From contig CM060733.1 in assembly GCA_030704615.1 (NCBI GenBank), positions 73,470,001-73,534,000 of the forward strand: DNA of 64,000 nt, read 5' to 3'. The notes beneath the pieces were generated by a model that searched no databases, was not told the origin of the DNA, and saw nothing but the letters and a program-made list of their open reading frames with translations. This document shows, piece by piece, positions 49,694-64,000 of this stretch; the first letter of the stretch is position 1, and each line of letters starts with the position of its first letter. A program made the position numbers and the translations under genes. This stretch comes from Takakia lepidozioides. Taxonomy: Eukaryota > Plantae > Bryophyta.

Positions 49694-50614
49694 ACTCAAA
49701 TAGGCCTCTCTTCTTGCCAATTGCTCCAATTATGGTGTGTTATGGCTTGAAACATTTCTAACAACTAGTGTGATCAAGTTATGGTGGCCTCTTGAGCTCA
49801 GAATTTTCTTAAGGGGTTGTGGTCTGGCTCCCAACAGATCTGCACTTGTAGTTTAAACTTCCGGACTTTCAACTATTCAGATGGGCCTATCTCCTTGCCA
49901 ATTGCTCCAATTGTGGTGTGCTATGGCTTGGAGAATTTCTCAAAACTAGTGTGATCAACATATTATGGCCTCTAGATATTTAAGCGGTTGTGGTCTGGCC
50001 CCCAACAGATCTGCATTTGTTGTACAAGTTTCCGGACGTTCAGGTACTCAAATGGGCCTATGTTCTTGCCAATTGCTCCAATTGTGGTGTGCTATGGCTT
50101 GACACATTTCTAACAACTATTGTGATCAAGATATGGTGGCCTAATAAGATCTGAATTTTCTTAAGGGGTTGTGGTCTGGCCCCCAATAGATCTGCACTTG
50201 TTGTTCAAGTTTTCGGACGTTCAGCTACTTTGATGGGCCTATCTTCTTACCAATTCCTCCATTTGTGGTGTGCTATGGCTTGGCACATTTCTAATAACTA
50301 GTGTGATAAATATATGGTGGCTTCCAGAGCTTTGGAGTTTTTTGAAGGGGTTGTGGTCTGGCCCCCAACAGATCTACACTTGTTGTTCAAGTTTCCGGAC
50401 GTGTAGGTACTCAAATGGGCCTATCTTCTTGCAAACTGCTCCAGTTTGGGTGGGCTATGGCTTGGTAGATCTGTTACAAGTAGGGTGATGAAGATATATA
50501 GCCTCCATATCCATAAACATTTATAAGGGGTTCTGGTCTGGCCCGCAATAGATCTGCACTTGTCATTCAAGTTTCCAGATGTACATGTACTCAAATGGGC
50601 CTATCTTCTTGCCA
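49694..50614. repeat. Tandem array of ~181-bp units (5 copies plus a partial)
   Basis: Unit starts at ~49694, 49875, 50046, 50227, 50409 and 50589 (atgggcctat.ttcttgccaattgctcca...ggttgtggtctggcccccaacagatctgcac). Confidence 0.92.
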
Positions 50615-50640
50615 TGTTCCCTAGTTTATTGCACATGCAG

Positions 50641-50762
50641 GTGGATGTTGAGGACAAACTGAAAGACATCAAGGAGGCAACAAGATCACATGAAGCAAAG
50701 AAAGAGTTCTGCAAGAAGGAAGTGAAGGAGCTAAGCAAAAAACTATGTGAACATGTGGAGCA
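50641..50762 (+). pseudogene. Isolated exon resembling the condensin SMC4 C-terminal coiled coil
   Basis: tgcag|VDVEDKLKDIKEATRSHEAKKEFCKKEVKELSKKLCEHVE(Q)|gtcagt. Ungapped resemblance to the recalled plant SMC4 pattern VD.E.K..D.K......E......KK....L......H.EQ; no partner exons found. Confidence 0.5.
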
Positions 50763-50874
50763 GTCAGTCTCTATCATTGGGATTTAATACAAAGAAGCTC
50801 CTGGTTATTGTTTCAGTGACTAACATGTTTGAGGGGTGAGGTTGGTCCACATGGTGGTTATAGCGTGTTTGAAA

Positions 50875-50993
50875 GGTGGACGCGTTGCCGAAGCAAGCAT
50901 AACTTATGGTGTCACTTGACCCAGAAGAGCTACTGCCTTCCGGTAGGAAGGTGGACACCTTTGTAACAACCAACAGGGTGGTTTGAACCCACA
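50875..50993 (-). mobile_element. Short structured retroposon, family B copy 2
   Basis: Near-identical to 25501-25619; 13-bp TSD agcgtgtttgaaa (50862-50874 and 50994-51006); more 5'-truncated than copy 1. Confidence 0.88.
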
Positions 50994-51738
50994 AGCGTGT
51001 TTGAAATCAAAGGGGAGGGGGGGAGTGAAATGAAATGAGTGGAGGCTCGTCGAGGAAGCGGGGGCCTGGAAAAAAATAAAAAAAATGAAATGAAATGGTG
51101 CTTTATAAAGAAAGAAAGAGGAAGTCTAAGAAAGTGTGAAATAGTGGCCAGGATCTTAGGTCAAAGCAAACACAATATTCTGGGGGTGGAATTCTGGTGA
51201 CAAATACATAGGCTTAGAGTAAGACAGTGACATGAATGAAATTTGGCAACCTGACTGAAATTCTTCATGCAAGCATACATCTCCACCATGCAAGATAGGT
51301 CAATGTTAGTCAGGAGACGGGCCACAGGCCACGGCATGCGAAATGGCTTGCCCAAGATCCCAAGATCGACAGTTGAAACACATAACAACGGTAGCATTCA
51401 TCTTCAACGAGTGCTCTAAAAATAAATGCATCCAGTCTCTCAATCAGTCATTGCACAAAGACTCGAGAATGATTCAACAATTATACAGAGATTTGTCAGA
51501 GATAGTAACCTCTTAAACCACCTCTCTTCTTTGAAGAAATCCATGACTGAAAACAGAAAAGACACAACTTGACTCACTAAGAACATTTGTCCATAGAAAA
51601 ACATATGAAGAGCTTCCCTCTTCATATAGAGTAACCAACACAACTTCACCTTCCACAATGATACAATACTTCTGAAGCTACCTCCATCTATATTTTGTTG
51701 AGCCCACATTCTTGTGTTTGGGATGTTGGGCTAAATGC

Positions 51739-56752
<5,014 letters not shown>

Positions 56753-56758
56753 CAAATT

Positions 56759-56772
56759 ACTGCTGCTGCTGC

Positions 56773-56803
<31 letters not shown>
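56759..56803 (-). repeat. Compound trinucleotide microsatellite (GGC)n(AGC)n just upstream of the PRMT1 ATG
   Basis: Plus strand reads ctgctgctg...ccgccgccg, ending a few nt before the start codon at 56752. Confidence 0.9.
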
Positions 56804-57030
56804 TTTAACAACCCCCGATGTGATCCAACCACCAAGACACGACCGCGACCGAAGCCACCTCTCTTACTCTCCTTCAGAGTGCGCAACGCTCTCCAGCATA
56901 ACTGGATAAATCTTAGCGGCACCTCTCCAGGTTTTAGGTTAGAATGTGAGGCAGTGCGCCTAGGTTTAGGAGTAGTGTAAAGCACTCCCACGATTTGCGA
57001 GGGTAGGTCGAAACCAGTGTTGGACCGGTA

Positions 57031-57829
57031 TCATAAACGTTGAAAGCAGGTGTGGCGTATTCTGCCACTTTTGGAGCCTAATTCTCAGGCAGAATCGGCC
57101 ACCCAGGGTGTACTGCCGATTCGGCAGGCAGAATCGGCAGGGATTGCCGAATACACACCAAGGACGCACTAAGGACGGCAGAGCAACCACTCAAGCCCAT
57201 GGCCCATGTCATCAGCCATTCAGCCATAAACCCGCCCGCCTTCCCCATGAGGCTCGTTTATATCCTTGGGGGGGGGCTCTGAACCTGGGCAATCGATATG
57301 GGATAATGGAACCTCAATCATATTGCGCCAGGTGGCGGCGAGAATATGCCACAACCTGCTTTTACGCCACGGGGCCGCATTGGCCGACTCTGCCCTGTGC
57401 GCGGCCATAGGGCTCGCCCAAAGGCCGCTTACAAGGCAGAATTGGCCAACGCGGCCCGTTCTCTAGTACGTTAAAAGCAGGTGTGGCGTATTCTGCCACT
57501 TTTTGAGCCTAATTCTCAGGCCAAATTGGCCACCCAGGGCAGAATCGGCAGGGATGGCCGATTTACGCACAGAGGACGGCAAAGCTACCACCGAGGCCCA
57601 TGTCGTGAGCCATCAGCCATCAACCCACCCGCCTTCCCTATGAGGCTCGCCCCGTTTATATCCTCTCCGGGGCTCTGAATCTGGGCAATCGATATGGGAT
57701 AATTGAACCGCAATCATATTGCGCCACGTAGCGGTGAGAATACGCCACACCTGCTCTTAACGCCAGTGAACGGGCCTCGCCCAGTGCCGCTTATAGGGCA
57801 CAATGGGCCCTACCTGACCCGTTCTCTAG
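57031..57829 (+). mobile_element. Tandem dimer of a non-autonomous Helitron-like element upstream of PRMT1
   Basis: Units ~57037-57466 and 57468-57829 both start acgtt(g/a)aaagcaggtgtggcgtattct and both end cccgttctCTAG|T. Unit 1 has a small GC hairpin (ggcc aacgc ggcc) before CTAG. Each unit carries an internal inverted copy of its 5' end (~57341, ~57738). A possible A|TC start lies at 57031. Confidence 0.6.
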
Positions 57830-58069
57830 TACATTTCATACCAGCCAGGGTCTGGTATCGTCGGTGAAGAGGTGTGGGAAATAAAAACGATCCTTAACAT
57901 CTCTGTCTCTAATCTGTCTCTACATAGAGGCGAGGGCCCTTACTGTCACTTTGGTCACTACAAGCCACTTATTTTGCTGCCAATGTGGATAGGCCCAATT
58001 CTTTGAACTTTGCTTTAACCTCCGCTAAGTTGGCTGCCCTTTCCACCTCGTAAGCACTGAGTTGAGCAG

Positions 58070-58400
58070 CTACTTCCATTGACCACTAGGTGACGACATC
58101 GGACTAATGGGAGTGTTGCCCCAAGTGCAGTCTAATGGCGTCGAGCTAGTGTGGCAGAAGACTGTTTCTTGCCAGGGTGGTGGAGAACTTTGCGTAGATG
58201 GCTGCAGCTTGCTGGGGGGTCCTTTCGAGATCTGCACAAAGTTTGCCCCACGCTTTTCTCCCCTCAATCTGCAAGTCCCATAAAACCCTAGACGACAAAA
58301 TAGACAAGGAACATGTGGTACTTGAAAGGGTCCACACGCATCTAACCTTCCAAATATGCCAAAGCAGAGCTTCTGAGACAATCAAAGATTGGGCAGTTGG
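58070..58400 (-). pseudogene. L1-type LINE ORF2 C-terminal fragment
   Basis: EALLWHIWKVRC...VLWDL resembles the W-x-I-W-x-x-R segment that follows the zf-RVT domain of plant L1/Tx1 ORF2. Confidence 0.5.
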
Positions 58401-59627
58401 ACGCCCTGCCCTGTATCAAAGTAGATAACAACTTTTTAATGTACGAGTCTGGTATGTATATTGTTTTTTTTCCCCCTAGTATGGTATGGTATCAGTATTG
58501 CAATTTTCAAAACTTATACTGGGGGTATATTAAGATTGGTATCAATACATTGCAACATACAGCCAAAATCAACATAAAAGGCTTGAAAACCATAGCACCT
58601 AACAATTTGACCACATGAGAACCCCAAGCACTTATTCAGCTTATAGCTTACAGCCCTTACTCAGCTTAAATCGTCATTTAGATTGCCTCAATCAAAGAGC
58701 CGCAACTCTCCTTGCTGCACCATAATCCTTAACGCTCCACATATTGATATCTAGGGTGCAAGCGACAGCGGAAGAGTGAGTATTGGTATCGACAAAGCTG
58801 CGTTCTTTGCAATACCAGGCTGATCTGGTAGGAGCCCAGATATTAGAGTTTCGTTGTACTCCCCCCAATATGTTCTGCCCGGGGTACTGCCAGTTGCTTA
58901 TACCCGCCTAGTATGGTACCCTGCTGCGATACCCTTACCCGTGCTGATACCCCGCCTCGCCCCATATACCGGTCCAACACTGGTCGAAACCAGTGTTGGT
59001 CTGGTATCAGGTTTTTGCAATACCAGTAGGTTCCTAGTATTGATTTTCCTTTAGTTTGTGCTGGGGTAGGGTTTCGATTATGTCAGAAATGCTGAATTTT
59101 AGTACCAGTATGGTGTCAATAACTGATGTTCCGCAAATTTGGCACATGCATTAACAATGATGGTATTAAGAATACCTATACTTGGCATACATCAACCCGG
59201 TTACCATCACATACTACCAACAATGAAAGAGACATTGGAAAATAGAAAATGCATATGTATGAGGCAAGCACACAAAATGTAAGCAACACACAAGCAGTAC
59301 AAGACACAAGCAATGAAGGCAAACATCCATGAGGCAAGCAATCCATTGCACAAGAGTTGCGTAGTTGACTGAAACAATGAAGTCCATTTATGAAGTGATT
59401 ACGTAATTGAAGACTGAAAGCAGATTTAAACAAAGAAAACTACACTATCTACTTGCCTTTATTCTCTAAAAATGAACTACGAGTCTCTGCCCCAGAAATG
59501 CGACCTGCAAAACAACACACATGCACATGTCAGCTCATGAATTCAGACTACCTTCATAACATGCAACATATTCATCGTGAACGCAATAAGAAGACAAACT
59601 GGACATAGAAAACTGAAAGAGGGTTAG

Positions 59628-60880
59628 CACTACTGCAAAGAGGGGGGGGGGGGGGGGGGGGGAAGGGTAGCGACGCCCGAGCGACCTCCCTAGGGTCGGT
59701 AATGGGGGCTAAAGCCACCGCGGCCAAGTCCCAGATAGTGACCCCTACGCCGTCGGTCTGGCGTCGCTAAAACGGGGTTGCGAAATAAGGGAGTTAAAAC
59801 TGACCCCAACACTCATGCCTGATGGGAGACTCGTAAGCCGTTTCCTTGCTATCCATTTTGTGGGCATCTTGCACACATAGCGCACTCCTCTTCAGTCTTC
59901 CTGCAAGGCCCTCCTGCCAAAACCCTCCCATCAGCTACTCATCCCTTCCAGATACTATCGTCCAAAGGGAATGAAAAGGGGTTGGAAACAACAACATTTA
60001 CTTACTGCATCATATGGAGATATCAACTAGGTTTTGTTCACTTAGGCTGTTGGAACAGACCCCATGACTATGTACTATGGCTACGATTTATCCCCAAGCA
60101 AAGCCTTGAACCCATACTGCCTTTGCACAAGGGGATACCCCGCGACCAGCCCCCTCAATGCGAGCCCCAATCCGACGTTGTGGATCGCCCCCGAGGCGAC
60201 CCCCAGGGGGTCGCTCGGTTAATTTTTTTATATAAAAAAAACCAGTTAAAACTCAAAGAACACCGGGTGTCGGTACAATGCAGTGCTACTACTGGTCGAC
60301 GGGCAGGGATGGTGGAAAAGTGTGCGCGACCCCCAAGGGGTCGCATGTACCTAGCGACGGGTTTGGCAGGGGCCGGAGGTATCGCCATTATGCAACCCCG
60401 AGGGGGTCGGTGATACCCAACGACCTGCAGTGACTAGGGCAGGGGTATCGCCAGGATGCGACCCCCTAAGGGTCGCTGTTATCCGCGACGGGCAGATATG
60501 GGGCAGCACAAAGCGACCACCAGGGAATCGTTGGACGGGTTCTGATGCCCTGGGGGTTGGTATGCACCAACGACGGACAAGGATGTGGGGGGAGGGGAGC
60601 ATCCCCCAAGGGGTTGGTGTTACGAAGCAACGCGTTTCGTCGGTCGGGGCCAAAACATTCAGCGACCCCCAGAGGGTTGGTTCTTAGAAGCGACGGGCAG
60701 GGCCTGCTTGGTTTAACCCTAAACCGACCCCCCGGGGGGTCGGTTCTTAGAAGCATCGGGCAGGGTCTGCTTGGATTAACCCTAAAGCGACCCCCGAGTG
60801 GTCAGTTTTTCCAGGCCACGGGAAGGGGCATGCCTGGCTGAACCCTAAAGCGACCCCCAGGGGGTCGCCCCTCAATGAGA
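59628..60880 (-). mobile_element. CACTA (En/Spm) terminus with subterminal repeat field
   Basis: CACTACTGCAAA at 59628, followed by many gcgacccc / ggggtcgc motifs in both orientations up to ~60870. Confidence 0.75.
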
Positions 60881-61140
60881 TTTTCATTTTGTTTAATTTA
60901 TTTGCTTTATATTACCCCCGCGCATTGGGTCGCCTTGTAAATGGTAGTACCTTTCTTGGGGCCGAGAAGCTTCCTAAGAGCCTCTTTGTAGGTGTAACCT
61001 TTATGTCCACAACAAAGCAAGCTGAGAGACACCACGAATTAGATGACAAGCAATTGCTGCTAGAAATAATCAATAAAACTTAACGAGGTCAAAGCCTCAT
61101 ATCTTGTACATGCATTATGTAATATGCGTCTTCTATAGTA

Positions 61141-61700
61141 CTAGATACCCTCATGGACTCCGAGGTCCTTGAGGGTCAACATATCATCATGCGAACCATG
61201 ATCATCACCCTGATCATTCTCGCCCTCAGCCTCACTCTCGCCCTCATCCTCGATATCGGTCACCCTATGGTCAATAGTGCTACTACTACTTCCACGATGT
61301 TGTAGCTTTTTCGTACTCTTCGCGGAGAGGGCCCTATGGGTCTTGATGCGCTCAAGAAGCGCAGGGTACCCTTCATTCTTGACAAATTCTACCTCCTCCA
61401 CGCTTGGATGCATCCCAAACCTATGATGCTATACAATCACAAACAACCTTAATTAGTGTATGCAAGATATATCAAAGAGATAGCCATATGTAGACAAAGC
61501 AACACATTAAAAGTAAATGCATCCATGAAATGCTTACAAATCAGGTCGCGAATGACTTGTGCCCTCCCGGACCAAACTTGTGGGTGCTGGTATCTAGCCC
61601 TTTCTCTATGTGTAACGTGACCGCCTCACGACCCCTAGAAAATTGAGCCTTCTTCTTGGCATCAGCCTCCTCGACAATGAGAATGTCCCATGACTCCTAA
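61141..61700 (-). pseudogene. CACTA TnpA-like (ORF2) 3' exons, disrupted
   Basis: Exon ...THKFGPGGHKSFAT*F|gtaagc, then an exon with RFGMHPSVEEVEFVK and an acidic tail. Homologous to 36265-38550 with the same intron position, and oriented towards the 59628 terminus. Confidence 0.6.
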
Positions 61701-63206
61701 ACAACCAACCAATACATTAGTTTTACTTCTTCATGCATGCATCATTAACATCTTGCACATGTCCAAAATATAAACTCAATTTTAAGTAAATCTAGACTGT
61801 CCAAAGTCCAGGAATAACATTTATTTATTTATTTATTTATTTAAATTGAATAAAAAACACTATGAAGAAAAATTTAAATGATTTTATTAAGTTTATTGTA
61901 GATGTTTAGTAAATATTGATGTTCCCAGAGAATCCATACCCTGATCACATCCCTAATCTGAGTTGAAATCCTAGTTTTCTACAGTTTCACGGGCAGCACA
62001 GGAGACCTCCTGTCCTTCACACTTGCTACAGTTTTTTAATAGTAGCCTACAAAAAAATGCCAAACATTGTCACTCCAGAAGTACAAGAGAATTATGTCTG
62101 TTGTCCCAAATTCGACATCTCCACTGAGGCAAGGGAGATCTCCCGATCTATGATTAGAACATAGTAAGATAGAAAGACATCCCGTCGAGATACGTCTCAA
62201 AATGTCCAAAGTAATTTATTAGAACATCACCAAACCAAATTTGTACAGACATATTGAGGTCCCTCGTTATGGCACTAATCAACCATCACCAGCCCATAGG
62301 ACCCAAAACCATAGTCTTCGACGCAAACCAATCATGAACATAGTCTCTATAGAAACCAATTCATTTGAACAGTTTGGCTCCACTGCATGTGCCCTTCGAC
62401 AGGAGCATCAATCTCTATCGTCCTCGAGTCTTAGACCGGTTCCCCAAGAGCGTCATCCATAAAATAAGAACCACCTTGCGGATTCCCAGGTCACCCGCAT
62501 GGCCGTTCCGATTATGTTTTATTCATGTAAGTCATAACTCCATGCGCAAAAAACATGCGAACCAGGACAGACGGGAGGTCTCCCCTCCCAAGCGATACAC
62601 ATCAGGAATAGTCAAACTAAATTGAGGGGGAACATGCACAAGTTTCAACAACCCCCCAAAGCCAATTCCAATAAGAGAATGAGGGGTTTGACAGGAACAT
62701 GCACATAGAAAGGTACAGACGACGGGAGGTCTCCCGTCCTTACTCACGCTCTCTAGTCTACAAGAGTCTGACGGGTGTGCTGATGAAACCAAAACATGCA
62801 CATAGTCAGGTAGGGGAGATCTCTTGTGGTGATACCTCTCATAACGACATGAGTAATGAATTCCAAAACCGAACAAAGAGTACACAGAGTACACAGAGCA
62901 CAGCCATGATGTCCCTCGCTATGACATGACATGAATCATGAACAATGAACCATTTGTATTCAAAATGTGCGCTTAGAGAATAACGTCATTGTCAATGTAC
63001 ATTATCTACAATATCCCAATTGGTGGAAAACTGTCATCTGACTAGTAAGAACGGGTAGCGGATTCTACTCTCATCCCATATCTCCCCAAATGGACATTCC
63101 GTTGGTGTGCAGCATCTGTTTGAGGGTGCTGTCCTCGCCAACAGGTCTCCTCCTGAGAAATACTCATATACCTCCTGAGACCTCATCGCCGGCAGGTTTG
63201 GTGTGT

Positions 63207-64000
63207 CTATCCTTCTTCTTGTGGGTCGACTTCATCCGACGCTTGGCCTTGACTGGAACAGAGAAACCAATCCATTAGACAAATCAGCAAGGTTGTCAGA
63301 TACATGGTGCGAAGCAGGAACAGGAGATCTCCCGTGCTTACGATCCTCCCTAACCTCTTAACCGACTCACAAGACATATTGCCAGTGTTGACAAAATAAC
63401 AAGTAGTTGAAGGCAAAGAGGGGGTAACATACCTAAAGAACACACAAGGGTCAGTAATCCCTAGGGGATTTGCATATCTCGCTAGCCATATCCAATCAGG
63501 GTGAGAACTATCGATAGGCACCTGAACATTTGCACACTTCCAGTAATTCCCCTCCATGTATTCTTGAACTGTCGGAGATGACATCATGCCAGAAAGGAAT
63601 GGCCATAAAGCCTCAACAAGATCCTCAACAAAAGAATCTCGTCCCTCCTTGACGATCGACGTTAGAGTGCCATCAAAGGATCTCGGGTAAAAACCAGTCT
63701 TCAAAGGGGTCCTGAGCAGGGCTTTGGTGGGCTCATCATCAATCAAAAGCGTTTGGTCATTTAGGCCGTAGGGCTTAGAAATTCTCCCGAAGTGTTCCCA
63801 AAGACCAACAATGTCTTTAATGTAGAATGGTTGTGTTGAGGCAATGTAGGCAGGAACCTTGGTGCAAATATCTCGACACCAGATAAAGCAAAATTTCCTG
63901 ACCATATCCTTCGGGAGAAGATATGCCAGAAGAGCCTCAATCATATGTTGAACTCCACAGGACCAGATACCCACATGGTAATGGTTGAATGCAAGTTCAA
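63207..64000 (-). CDS. FCP1/SCP-like (NIF) HAD-superfamily phosphatase domain ORF, 5' end outside the window
   Basis: The frame is open to the window edge: HVGIWS...FIWCRDIC...FYIKDI..LW...QTLLIDDEPTK matches NIF-family motifs II-IV. The DxDxT motif would lie beyond the window. Confidence 0.75.
   Translation of the reverse strand, partial: ELAFNHYHVGIWSCGVQHMIEALLAYLLPKDMVRKFCFIWCRDICTKVPAYIASTQPFYIKDIVGLWEHFGRISKPYGLNDQTLLIDDEPTKALLRTPLKTGFYPRSFDGTLTSIVKEGRDSFVEDLVEALWPFLSGMMSSPTVQEYMEGNYWKCANVQVPIDSSHPDWIWLARYANPLGITDPCVFFRYVTPSLPSTTCYFVNTGNMSCESVKRLGRIVSTGDLLFLLRTMYLTTLLICLMDWFLCSSQGQASDEVDPQEEG

Noticed and set aside
49694-50614. Regularly spaced repeats as a CRISPR-like array
   Set aside because: The whole 181-bp unit repeats, with no unique spacers and no cas genes; the context is eukaryotic.
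60710-60852. aaccctaaa telomere-like motifs
   Set aside because: Single copies embedded in ~62-bp CACTA subterminal repeat units, not a telomeric array.

Overview
Eukaryotic nuclear DNA from a streptophyte plant. The PRMT1 sequence is land-plant-like and the transposon repertoire suggests a non-seed plant, but this is inference. The only clearly intact host gene is a 9-exon type I protein arginine methyltransferase (PRMT1, minus strand, 51739-56752, 382 aa) that includes an 11-nt micro-exon. The rest is a nested, scrambled mosaic of mostly decayed transposons: a Tat/Ogre-like Ty3/Gypsy element with its 5' LTR, Arg-type PBS and extra 5' ORFs; four pieces of a PHD-finger Gypsy family; CACTA ends plus TnpD and TnpA fragments; L1 and RTEX-like LINE fragments; short retroposons; a Helitron-like dimer in the PRMT1 promoter; and a 181-bp tandem array. 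Most notable observations: (1) two short retroposon families with different stem sequences share the same multi-hairpin 3' RNA architecture (AGUA/(G/C)AA internal loop, GUGRC/GUUAC, cUUCGg); (2) OSB-type PDF ssDNA-binding motifs occur many times inside transposon debris; (3) an FCP1/NIF-like phosphatase ORF appears to sit inside a CACTA element; (4) a ~2.6-2.8 kb tandem module is marked by CATCC-N5-GGATG palindrome arrays; (5) an orphan SMC4-like exon. All family calls come from motif recognition by eye; no database searches were run.
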